Of a DNA stretch of 64,000 nt, positions 13,401-23,943 are shown piece by piece. The stretch lies in the NCBI GenBank assembly GCA_017654855.1, contig CM030334.1, forward strand, positions 4,030,001 to 4,094,000, given 5' to 3'. The position numbers were made by a program, and so were the translations under genes. The DNA is from Podospora anserina (lineage: Eukaryota). A model generated the notes under the pieces. The model had not been told where the DNA came from and made no database searches. It worked only from the letters and a program-made list of their open reading frames with translations. Each line of letters starts with the position of its first letter. Within the stretch, counting starts at the first letter, position 1.

Positions 13401-14604
13401 TCAAGGCTCCGACATGGACGACGAGGACGTGCCGCTGGGCATGCTGGCGCTTGCCAAGGCCACTGGTGACGGAACCAACAGGTCAACCATGGACATTGGC
13501 GCTCTCATGAGCGAGGTGAATCGTCCCCTTGGCTTGATGGAGCGCCGGGAAATCGAAGACAACGAGCCCCTCAGTCGCCGCCGCGAGAGGTTGCAGGGCA
13601 GAGACAGCGGCCATGTTCCGTTGTCTCTGGACCTTATTCAGAAGCGAATGAGCCACATGCCGCTCACACAAACAAACGGCGCTCCCATTGGGTTGATGGG
13701 TATGCGATCCCAGTCGAGACTCAATCTTCAGCTTCCCCAAGAAGAACGACCAGTCTCCATGATGGGCGCCAACGCAGACGAGAGTGATCCCGAGGTGGAG
13801 GGGGAGACGCTGGCTGCCCGCAAAGCACGACTGGCAGCCGAAAACCCCTTGCCGCGCACCCGTCCTGTCAGCGGCATGTTCTCGGCCGAGCTTCTCAGCC
13901 AGTTTGGCGGCGCCGACGAGGAGGCTGCCGACGCCAAGAGCAAAGAAGTGAGCAATGAGGCTGCCGCGGTGGTGGATGTGCCCGAGGAAGAAGAGACGTT
14001 GGGCCAGCGAAGACGCAGACTACAAGCCGAGAGGGAGGCACGGGAGCGCGAGATGGCTGCTGGAGGCGGCATATATCCACCTCGTGCTGCTACGCCCGTT
14101 GGACTTTTCCCAGGCGTGAGCGGCCTGCAAGCCAACCCTCAAGCCCGCCCGCTCTCCATGGCCAACATGCTTGGTGCTCATCCCATCGATACCCCCATGG
14201 GTCACATGAACCCCCTCGAGCAAGCGCGCCTGAACCGGGAGGCCGAAGTAATGAGGGTGCAGCAGGAGCAAGAACTCCGAATGGCAGCGCTCCGAGCTCA
14301 GATGCCCACAAGTCTGGTTGCCGTCTCGTCCGGGGGCAGGAGTGGCGGATACATGAATGGCATGTTCAACAACGGAATGGGGGGGCACGCTGTGGGCCAG
14401 GCCGGCGCTGCTGGGATGAGCCTAGGCTACGGCAACGGCAGCAACCTGAGCTTGCTGACGCCGCAACAACCAATGATGCATGGTGGTGGCATTCCGATGA
14501 ATGGTGTTTATGGTGGTGGATACGGGATGCAAGTACCTGGCCAAGTGGGCCAAGTGGGACAGGTTGATATGGTGGAGCGCTGGCGGCAGAGCGTGTTGCC
14601 GTGA
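10405..14604 (+). CDS. Large conserved fungal hypothetical protein (~1400 aa, low complexity/disordered)
   Basis: 4.2 kb uninterrupted ORF, first ATG at 10405. Motifs YYPAPVPAMLNLPPKLSK, PTTLLAELQIRK, repeated EETLxxRRxRL, and C-terminal DMVERWRQSV. Confidence 0.85.
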   Translation: MAASRYNTLPAGQADDDTPDQHGQRPPFSPDSFASRLSPTSQSTSTSLASPTQSPNPMAHASLAEKTFTPLSMNESDYLSDHSATDRLLRKKSSFSLEHESMLSTSNTSRGETFLQVGSAIGRSNSVSSTSSATAAGRGVTVVSSMVQSFEALHAAVVEKERELAAKKSSASLRPSLGPVSRTTSPAPNADLTDASQHQHQHQHQQHLGSSLGGAVGATDTTIVPQTTDPPAQNAKAAPESPIRSPISVTAQTPLIRPTPTTIPSPTTSIESPLPRTSSTASISLTHPTPDLNKRSQSGAYLGNIAALEATAERLSMTSSIEVAIREEHNELKRSESRKSSILQRARGTSAGSDSGSALHLGSRKNSVVETNNAARFGGYVMSPQHSLSGASARLRSGSKASSSGLPAPESVALSSSLENGEDFPFMSRSGPGKASTRSAASKLSLAEIAELEHPTALTRDAMDRADLGVPDNDEEEERRILASAHQYIEPEFADEGEGARTPQNENQTFLDDPAPRLQLHHPDQYSQYWDQNNDQARRPTTAASVTTFDQAQTAFGDFDGVHCDPEADQFVPHQEPELPPPRSQQQPQHHGINNSLGPRPTSYFDPSTGQQMLYYPAPVPAMLNLPPKLSKKPKAGPRTARRSQVMSAMPMVTTRESRVWLPDPTHTVGGGSQHNVPLMPELLGGDYAPQTSNADELAPPQAPALASGHSRHASEASTIHPAAPVVEEQREFRRPQRLTDNRKSRATVLDGLPPQLRASAFFELPSTHLPKIEVKDGSAMATLDSILDASAAAPVSAFTDHAFAGALGDEVYGTEKKRKSKKPPKKSDAEPVEEEVVAKPKRKTLVKRNSSSALLDYDNEPKKRSSRFSLFPSRGDDDDSDDDDERIRRNGDRSPGDGPLQSPNPLAPGADEESSEQSSDESSENERSVYRGPPTTLLAELQIRKRQNQQRVKDGTRLPRGQHGTTLLELDAVAQVEQKTRKGKRVNLAWEDPSANPYQGSDMDDEDVPLGMLALAKATGDGTNRSTMDIGALMSEVNRPLGLMERREIEDNEPLSRRRERLQGRDSGHVPLSLDLIQKRMSHMPLTQTNGAPIGLMGMRSQSRLNLQLPQEERPVSMMGANADESDPEVEGETLAARKARLAAENPLPRTRPVSGMFSAELLSQFGGADEEAADAKSKEVSNEAAAVVDVPEEEETLGQRRRRLQAEREAREREMAAGGGIYPPRAATPVGLFPGVSGLQANPQARPLSMANMLGAHPIDTPMGHMNPLEQARLNREAEVMRVQQEQELRMAALRAQMPTSLVAVSSGGRSGGYMNGMFNNGMGGHAVGQAGAAGMSLGYGNGSNLSLLTPQQPMMHGGGIPMNGVYGGGYGMQVPGQVGQVGQVDMVERWRQSVLP
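10993..11025 (+). repeat. (CAGCAC)n coding microsatellite encoding a QHQHQHQHQQH tract
   Basis: Direct hexamer repeat inside the large ORF. Confidence 0.9.
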
Positions 14605-15028
14605 ACAGGTCTTAGGTCTTTGGATAGAATTTTGGATCAAGGAGAATTTTGTTGGTACAAGCAAAAAGCTGGTATTGCTACTTGATTAGAGCATAGCATA
14701 GCATTTGGGGGGGCTGGGCTTCTGTTTGGGTATAAGTATACACTGTTGTATTGTTGTACGAGGCTGGCGGGTTTATCATTCGAGCTACCTTGAGCAATCA
14801 AAGCGAGATTTTGTTTTCATCATTCTTCACAGACCACCCAAACAATCACGCCGCGTAAAAGATCAGCCTGACCTGTATGCCTTTTATCGCCCTCGTGGGT
14901 TTTCTACGGAGAGATGAGAGGCAGCTCCGAAAAAGACAATCCCAAGATAAAGATTAAATGTTTGCACAAGACATGTAGATACAAAGTTGAGAGCTCTCAT
15001 CCCAAGCGCCAAAGACAAAAGAGGTCAC

Positions 15029-17196
15029 TCACTGCTCCCCATCTCCACCAGCATGTCCCCAGTTCAGCCACGTCTCAGCTGCGGTCTGGAGATGCCCCTG
15101 GTGCGGAAACGACACGGCATGCGGGTGATTGGCCGCGGCCGGGACTTGATGAAGCCAGTATCCCTGTGGCGTAAACATGTTGTTGCCCGCGTGGAAGAAA
15201 TAGGGGCTTGCCGTCATGGCTGTGGCTGTCCCGTCGTCTGCCATTCCCGTAAATGCCGCCGGGGACACGGCAGGCATGAATTGGGAGTGAGCCATCCCAT
15301 ACGCAGCCCCCGGCGGAAGATAGGTGGCCGCGGGGCTTTGTTGCTGCTGCTGAGGAGTTCCGCTGGTGACTGAAGTTGGCGCGGTGGAAGGTAATGGCGG
15401 CTGGAGAAGTGACGCGCTGAGACTGCCCGTGCCGGCTGACCGGTAGGTTGATGAGGGCTGGCGGTTGTGGCCGTGACTGAGGCTCTGGCTTTGACTGGAC
15501 GATGTCTCTGGGGACAGGTTCTCGCGTATCGAGACGTACATCCGAAAGGTGTTTTGGACGACGGTCTTGAGGCGGTCCCGGAGGAGATCCAGGTTGCGAT
15601 TGTTGGACGAATTGGGGTCGGCAGGGTCAGAGCCGGGTAGGGGGATGTCACCTTGTTGGATCTTGTGGTCGAGGATGTTGAAAAAGAGATCGACAAAGTA
15701 ATCCTCGCCGTCCTTTGGGGTTCCCGAGGTGAACGAAGAGGGTATCTCGTGCCATGGGCTTTCTGGCCGGGCAACCTCTGGGAACAAAACGTCCCAAATC
15801 TCAAACCACTTCTCCACCCGGTGCACCTCTTGGTTCTTCTTTCGGTTCTGCTTGTCCAGCATGGCCCATTGAACTTCGTCAACCCCTTCTTTGAGAGAGG
15901 CGTCCCGAAGAGGACAGGGGACCTCGCTCTTGCGGTGCTCGGCTAGCTTGTTGAGGGATTCTGCACGGTCTCCCCCCTTTCCTGGGTTGAATGTTTCTTT
16001 GCATCTTTCGCATTGGACGGGAGAATGTGTTCGTTTGAGATGTTCCCTGTCACAACAAGTCAGCAGGTTGTCCCAAGAGACCGACCCCGGCGACTTACTT
16101 TAGTCGCTGGATAGATTTGAACCCTGGCCCTGTACAAGGTCTGTACCGATGCTTCTTGCCAGACCCGGAATCGCCGTGGACATTGTATTTGATTGGATCC
16201 CGTTTGTGAAACGGACAAGCCAGCAGCGGCTCGCGAGTGTTTCCGCTGAGAGGGGTGGAAGGAGGTCCCATTTTGCCGCCTCCAGGGTCCTTTTGGTCTT
16301 CTTCGTCTTGATCCTTGTCTCGGCCGTCCCTCGCCCCTTCGTCCGAGTCTGTACGCCTCCTTTTGCGAGACGGACCCGAACCCGAACCCTGGGACGGCGA
16401 AGTATTGGCCGGGGAGGACTCGTGTTTGGCTCCATCCCCTGCTCCGGCATGAGATGCTGCACATCGCCAGTTTTCCACTTTACTCTTGAGAGCCAAGTTG
16501 AAGTCGCGGTGAAGCAGCGGAATCAAAAAGGCTGCCAGAGAATAGTCCTTGTCCACAGCCGAGATCACAAGAGACTCTAGATTCCCGTTTTCACCACTCC
16601 ATTCGTCATCGTCATCATCCTGGTCGGAATTATCCTCCTGTTCATCGTCCTCTTCATCGAGCCGGGCTGTCTCACACCCGCTCTCATCGGCATCGAAATC
16701 CGACTCGACATCTTCGTCGATCTCGTCTGCCTCGTCGCCTTCTCTGTCAGCAGCCGAGAATGATTTTCGTAAAGAGCTGGGAAGACTCGGTGAGTGACTT
16801 CGACCAAGGGATCGGTTTAACCGGTCAGCTGGTGTTTCTGGACGTTGGGGTGGAATCTTGGGCAATCTTGCTTGTGTAAGTCACGTCACTTTGCCGCACG
16901 GTTTACACTGAATCGGACACCTACTCGTTGGCCCCAGCCTTGACCTCCTCTTCCTCATGAAACCCATATTCCGTCCCTGGTCCGGCTGAGGTCGCCCAGC
17001 TGCTTGTTGTGGAGGCGGCGTACTCGCAAAAGTTGGTCGAGCTGCCTTCTGACGGAGTGACGCTGCTTGGACTGGGGGATCTTGATGAGTGCTCCTGTGA
17101 GCTCAATTTGTTCACCCAGTTTGCGCGCAGTTTGAACTCATCATCGAAGGTCATTACGGACAGCAGAGGGTGAACGTATGATTCGGCTCCGTCCAT
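15029..17196 (-). CDS. Fungal C2H2-like zinc-finger protein (LACPF-type); start uncertain
   Basis: Three exons joined by phase-2 introns 16924-16867 and 16098-16047. Spliced product contains LACPFHKRDP..Y...C.GPGFKSIQRLKEHLKRTH..QCERCKETF...H...C and W..IWDVLFP..P.SPW. The frame is open further upstream, so an extra 5' exon is possible. Confidence 0.8.
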
Positions 17197-18016
17197 TTTG
17201 CCACTTTGCTCGACAGAGGCTCGTGACAGCGAAGATCGAGAACTGGGTTTGGGAAGAAAACAACCTGGAACTGGGAATAAATGTTTTTGGTCTTTGGCCC
17301 GCCAAACCCCTCAACATTTCCAAATACCTTACCGAACCAGCCCGATTAGGGCTTCTTACCCCCTTAGCCTCCGTCACCGTCATCCTGTGGTTTTGTGTCG
17401 ATGGAGACGATAGCAGGGGAAAAAACGACCCAATTGCGAGCTGGCGCAATTGCGTAGAAAACCATGTCACTCATTGGATCGAAAAGTCGCCAGGCTCACA
17501 GAGATTGGCTGACTTTGCATGCCACTAACTGCAGGGCAAACGGATACCTACCCGAATGACACGCTGGACTGGCTGTACTTGTGCTTGGTCCGCTGCTTTT
17601 GTTGTTTCTGTGTAAGGTTTTGCGAATGCGCGCAAATGCGTTTTCTCACCATCAGGCGTGGACGTCTAGAATCGCAGAGTACGGGTATGTACTTGGCACA
17701 CAGATGCATATGCGCACGTTTCTCCCGGGATGCATGCAGGGTAAGAAGTTGCCACGCTCATGCGTGCTAATAGATACTTGACACTTTATCCCGGAGGGCC
17801 TCATACCTCAGGATCCAGAGATGTAAGCCCGGTCTCAATATGGCTCATTAACACAGTCCAACTTACACCCGCGATTAGCCTGAGTCAGGCCTATGTGCAC
17901 CTGATCTATTTACCCGACAACGATGTCGGATAACAAAATGGGATCCTCAGCTTCAGGTAGAGCGAGAAACTTATCATGATGGCGCATACCAGACCAACGC
18001 AGGCAGCTTGTTCAAG

Positions 18017-19785
18017 ATGCTGTTTCAAGCACTGATTCTTGGCATCGCTGCCCTCGAACACATCCGCGGCCTTCCAACCTCAGCCAGCCAACCTGTGGGA
18101 GCCCGTCAGTACTATCCGGATCCCGACGACCCATCTCTTCCCCCGTCTCCTGAAGATTGCCTCAGGCTATCCTTCAGCGAGCCAGCGTGGTCCATCTACG
18201 ATCCCGCACTGCTGTCGGTGAATGTCTCAGATGGAGGCACTCAAGGCGATATTCGCTTCTACACCAGAAACGTCGCTACTGGCCAACATGCAGATTGCAG
18301 AGTGACCAATATCGAACTCAACCCAAAGGGCGCCCAGTTGGAAACTTGGCACAACTGCAATGTCACAGACTTGCAATTTCAGTTTCTTCTCGATGACTTT
18401 CAGGTGAGACTGAGGGGTGGTTGGAAGTGCGCTGACTCTGAGTGAGTGCTGTACTCATAACCCCCAAGAGCATCCAAACTGATACTTATCGTGTGACAAA
18501 GCCTGAGTTTCCACGGACATGGTGTCTGGGAAGAACCTGTCGTTCAAGGTTGTCTGGAAGAGTGGAATACACCTCGTGGTCAAGAGACGCTTTGCATCAT
18601 GGGAGGATCATATGTCGCTGCCACGCTGACTAGTCCGATGGATCTACAACCTCAATGGCCCCTGCTTCCCTACACACCTTTTGAGAGGGCGTGGAGATGC
18701 GTCGATCGCTCATGGGATCCCGAGTTTACTGTCCACAGCTTGGAATACCAGCATCACGAGGGTTCATACGAATTTACTCTGGATCTTGAGAATCATTCCA
18801 GCGGCGAAAGGACAGTCTGCAAATCCGAGACACTTGACGAGAAGGGCCTACCTACCGATGGCTCAACACCGTGGGTAAAGTGTTTGGCTGAGAATGCCAC
18901 GTTCGACGTTCTGCTGGACAGGACGTATGATATCCTGGGGATTCGCCAGGAGTGGAAGTGTAGTGACAATGTCAAGGATATTGAGCCGTAGGTCTTGTCT
19001 CTTCTACTTTGTGCCATGTGAGGGCCGGCTAACGCATTTGAAACAGAGAAGACTATCGTGCCACGGGATTGATTCAGGCACGCCTTGATTGTGCCAAACC
19101 GACAGACAAAATACACAAAGACTATACTTGCACCCTACCTGCCGCGTCACCATTGACATTTACTGGATATCCTGCCATCGACAAAACCGTGCTCCCGCCT
19201 TTCCCTCACACTTTCTACAACAGAAGTTGCACAATCAACTCCATCAGCAACACCCATACTCTTACCTTGAACGAGTACAAGATTGAAACGGCCGATGACG
19301 GAAAACTCGAGGGGACTTTCAGTTTCTATAATCCTGGGCCCGGAGAAACGTGGAGCCTGTCCAAGATTCCTGTGCTCAACGATGCAACTTGGCATGAGTG
19401 CACCCCTGGGAAGGGAACAGAACTGCCTTGGCAATTGGCCAGATGCAGTTATGCACTTTCTTTGCACGAAAAGTCGCCCGAAATCCGGTTTGATCTGGCA
19501 TGGTACTGTGATGATCGCGATCCAAGTAATGCGTAGGTTTTAACCCCTGTTTAACCCCTGAGTGGTTGCCCATGGCAACAAGAAGTTTTGAATGAAAGCT
19601 GACAGAGATATAGCATCTTGTTCGAAGCCAGCGCTCAAGCAGACTTAACTGGCAAAACTGCCTGCCAGGGCGGAATTTGCCAGTTCCCCTCAGGGATAAC
19701 AGAGGTGGCACTCCAGGTTACAAATTTGACGTGGGAAACCGGGCATGGAGTCATGCAGAAGGGCCCAATCTTACCCTGGGTATAG
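18017..19785 (+). CDS. Secreted Cys-rich protein with three tandem Alt a 1 (AA1)-like beta domains
   Basis: Signal peptide MLFQALILGIAALEHIRG. Introns 18442-18501, 18988-19046 and 19533-19613 restore one frame. Three repeats of C...W/F-x-I...F...N....C...W..C...W-x-C-x-D. Fold assignment is inference. Confidence 0.75.
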
Positions 19786-20653
19786 CGCGGATCGTCCGCG
19801 ATTGCAAAAGATAGGAGACCTTGACAGAAAAGGAGAAGCGGCTGTGGCCTATTTCCATATTTGAGCAACAATAGAACCAAGCTTCGACGTGATTGGGACT
19901 CCTTCCCACTTGGAAAAGCAGCTGGGTCCAGACAGACTGATGGTAGGACCGGGTGAGCCAACTGCCGAAGCTGACAGAGCTCGACAAGATTTTCTCCAAA
20001 TCCCCACATGTTTGATTGGCGAACCAAGGGGCGGGCTCATCGTGGGTATGCAGCCGGGTTATTCTTGAGAGACCACTGAACCAAATCTTTATGCGTATCA
20101 GTTGGGGGGGTTGGGGTCACACGGCTAGGTAGGTACCTATCATTGCAAAAATTGGGTGATTTCCATCACTGCGACCTACCTGCCTGAATGATTCATCATG
20201 GTAAGAAAAGTCAATAGTTCAATATTGAATGCAATATCATCCCTGATGCAAGGTTCAAAGATAACCGTAAGAGGTCATATGCATTAAAGTTGGGCTCGTG
20301 TGTTCATTACGACGAATAGAACATCTCCCCGTGAGACGGGTGAGAGGTCTGTTGGTTCTGATGGTGTAACACTTTTACACCAACGGGCCATCCACACAAG
20401 AAATTTACCCGGTCGGAGTGATGTACAATACCTACAATCGCCATGTACGTGTAACATCAAGACCCAGAGATGCATGTCTTGAACTTGTGTGTTGGAAGGA
20501 CTATACATACTTACCTATAATTAATGCCCGCCGGGATGCACCGGTAGTTGCAGGGTCCCTTCAATCGGTAAGATATATAATGTGCCGTCACTGTCTTGCA
20601 AATAATCTGCAATTTGCTCCCCCTCAACCCCCCACTTGTTCCCTATCCTCATA

Positions 20654-22416
20654 ATGACCGACAAACCCACCCCTTCGACAGTGGTCGAGCCCCAACAAGG
20701 AACCAAGGATAGCAACGAAAAGAGAGACAGAAAAGGCCGCATTCATGAGTTCCAGGAAACCGAGGGCTACATTATTGACATCGCCGAGGATGATTCCGCG
20801 CCAGCAGGGCTCAAACTTGCCAAGGATGGCCACACCGTCTTGATCCCCCAGCCCAGTGATGATAAGCATGATCCTCTGAACTGGACGTGGAACAAGAAGC
20901 ACCTCATGCTTTTTATCGTGTCTTGGGTGTCCTTTCTGCCTGACTATGGGAGCGCAACCGGGGCTGTCACTCTGATCCCGCAAGCCGCGGAGTGGGGGAC
21001 CACCCCAGACACTGTGAATCACTCACAAGCCGGCAATGTGTTCATGTTGGGCGCAGGTGGCGTGGTTGGTATGTACCTACCGACTTTCTCAGCAACTTGA
21101 ACACAAGAAAACTTGTCTGACCCCGAAGCAGTCGTGATTCTTTCGGCCTACTTTGGCCGTCTCCCTGTCGTCTTTTGGTTCCTCCTCATCTCCGTCGCAA
21201 CAGCAGCCTGGTGTGCCGAACCAGATACGTTCGAATCATTCATGGCGGCCCGTATTCTCAACGGCTTCTTCTCGACAGTCAGCCAGGCAGGGGGGTTGAT
21301 GTTTATCAAAGACATGTTTTTCTTTCATGAACAGGCGAGGAAGATCAACATTTGGGCGTGAGCTTTTCTGTTCATGGATGGATTCTGTCCAGACTTGTTG
21401 ACAAGTTTTTGCAAACAGATCATTTATTGTCATGTCCCCCTACGTCGGTCCTCTCTTTGCCGCTTTCATGACAGAAACACTACACTGGTCAGTGCCATTT
21501 TGGGTGTACTTTGGCATGAATGTGCTGGGAATGGCACTGGTCGTTGCATTTCTGGAAGAGACATACTATGACAGGACCATACCATCGGACCAACAGCCTG
21601 CTCGAGGCAACCGTTTTGCCAGACTGATCGGCACCGCCCAATGGAAGTGTCGACATCTCCGCAACACCTTTGGCCAAGCTTGTTGGAGAACCGTCAGTGT
21701 GCTTCTCAAGCCAATCGTAGCTCTCTCGTGCGTTTTTTACGCCTTGGTATGTTTGTTTTAATTCTGTTTCGTGTCAGCAACTGGCCTCAAATGAGCTGAC
21801 ACGATCGTAGACGTTTGCATGGGCGGTGGGCATCAACACCACGCTGGCCATATTTGTCACCCCACTGTACGGCTTCGGACCAAAACAAGTGGGATTCTTC
21901 TACTTCACCCCGGTGGTTGCTGTGGCACTGGGGGAGGCAACAGGGCACTGGCTGCATGACGCTCTTGCCAAGCAGTATATCCGCTCTCACAAGGGACATT
22001 TCGAGCCCGAGGTGCGCCTGCGAGCCGTAGTTCTGGCAATGCCGGTTGTCATTGTCGGCCTAGTTCTCATCGGGCAGTGTTTTGAGAACCAGTGGCACTT
22101 CATGGCCACCAGCGTCTGCTGGGGCCTTTATGTTTTCGGCATGATGATCACCACAGTAGCACTGAGTAGTTACTGCCTTGATAGCTACCCGGAGGCATCT
22201 GGCGAGGTTTCGGCGTGGCTCAACATGGCCCGGACTGTCGGAGGGTTTATCGTCAGCTATTTTCAGGTCAGATGGGCCGAAGCGCAGGGAACGAAGCAGA
22301 GCTTTGGGATTCAGGCTGGGATCTGCGGCGGTGCTATTTTGTTCATTGTCGCTTTGATAGTGTGGGGGAAGAGGCTGAGAATTTGGGCGGGACCACTAAA
22401 CTTTGCAACGACGTAA
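20654..22416 (+). CDS. MFS transporter
   Basis: LIPQPSDDKHDPLNWTWNKK N-terminal motif, many TM segments, YFGRLPV and IKDMFFFHEQARK. Three introns near 21069, 21358 and 21747. Confidence 0.9.
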
Positions 22417-22598
22417 TGTCAGGGTTAGGGTATGTAGCTTGACATGACGTCTTTGCACCACCTGTCCCCCAACCAGTCATGGTGCCGGATTCACTCGGCC
22501 ACAAAAGCACCTAATAAACTTTTAATCCGCGCAGCCATAAATACCTTAATATCGTCCACCTTCTTTGCCCTTTTCCCAAAACACCAAACACAGTCAAA

Positions 22599-23681
22599 AT
22601 GCCCAGAGTCGCAGACCGAAAATCCTGGCGAAAGCCAGCAGCTCCTCCAGTGGAAGCTCCCCAAACCCCGCCAGAAGCAGCGCCAAGATCCCACTATCAC
22701 ACCTCGCAACACCACGGCCACCATCAAGACCCGGACCCGGCACTCGATGTGGAACTCGTTGATCACACCGAGAGGCTGCCACTTCGCTCGAAGCGCACTC
22801 GGCGTCTGGAGGAGAAGCTTGCCAGAAAAAAACGGACCGCGACCACCCCACTATGCTTGGAGGATATGCCGTTTGAGATCCTCGACGCCATCCTTTTGTG
22901 CTGTCAACCTCGCGATCTTTTCGCCATGTCACGTGTCTCAAAGGGCTACCGAGATTTCATCAAACAAGAAGGATCCCGAATCGCCAAATCCATCATCGAG
23001 CGGCGATATCCCTGTTTGGCAGCTTGTTTTCTTCGGCCTGTCCTTTTGGAAAACATTCAAGACTTGGGAGTCCGCAGGCACATGGGACATCCGAAAGTGA
23101 CGAGCAGAGTCAGAGGTCACATGTTTCACCACATACCCACAATCCGAGGCGAGCTTGTCTGCAGCTGTCCGACATGCTATCATCGTTGGAACGCTCTCGG
23201 GCTGCTGGTCGACTTTGCACACTGGCAGGACTTTCTAGATAAAGGCGAAGCAATTCCACGCATACCATTCGGGCGGCGTCCGATGTGGAACAAGGTATTG
23301 CTAAACCGAAACATGCAGGTTGTTCTGAAGGGCATCCGCGATCCTCTTTGGTATGCTCGCATCCTCGAAAAGCACCTGGAGTCGACTACGCGCGCCATCC
23401 GACGCCAGGTGCTCAACAAGAGCAACAAGCGCCAGCATTATCGCCTCACTGACCAAGACCTACAAGAAGGAACCGACCACTTTCTCGAAGCCGAGGGGCC
23501 GCCTACCATCGACTATCCCTTCCATAGAGACAGTTACTACATGCTCGAAGCCTACCTGCCCAATCGCTCCTGGATTGATGGGAAATGGGTCTATCTACCA
23601 GCCAGCCTTCACGAGAGAGACGTCGCTGGTCTGATCAACAGTCTATTTCCTGTACCTGGCAAAGAAGAAGCAGAAGGATAG
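22599..23681 (+). CDS. F-box domain protein
   Basis: LEDMPFEILDAILLCCQPRDLFAMSRVSKGYRDFI matches the F-box consensus; single-exon 360 aa ORF. Confidence 0.8.
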   Translation: MPRVADRKSWRKPAAPPVEAPQTPPEAAPRSHYHTSQHHGHHQDPDPALDVELVDHTERLPLRSKRTRRLEEKLARKKRTATTPLCLEDMPFEILDAILLCCQPRDLFAMSRVSKGYRDFIKQEGSRIAKSIIERRYPCLAACFLRPVLLENIQDLGVRRHMGHPKVTSRVRGHMFHHIPTIRGELVCSCPTCYHRWNALGLLVDFAHWQDFLDKGEAIPRIPFGRRPMWNKVLLNRNMQVVLKGIRDPLWYARILEKHLESTTRAIRRQVLNKSNKRQHYRLTDQDLQEGTDHFLEAEGPPTIDYPFHRDSYYMLEAYLPNRSWIDGKWVYLPASLHERDVAGLINSLFPVPGKEEAEG

Positions 23682-23943
23682 ATGTCTGTGCAATAAATGA
23701 CCAATACGCCTACCAGGTAGTTTTAGCTGAAGCTGCGCAGGGGCCTCCCCGCACAATCTCCACAAATCACATCACAGCCTTGTGGCTTGCACAGCCCCTA
23801 CTTCAGGACTTTTCCAAGAACTCATTGCTCCCGGTGGCCTCTATGAGCGATAGACCATAACCTCAAGTTGACCCAACTTGAATTTGAAAAAAAAAACCAT
23901 CAACATCTCCTCGAACCAGCCAACAACAGCCAACATCATCAGC

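Noticed and set aside
16921-16923. TAG ending the 91-aa ORF as a second premature-stop candidate
   Set aside because: It is part of the intron donor GTAGGT; intron 16924-16867 restores the frame. The TAGs at 18989, 19534 and 58653 also overlap donors.
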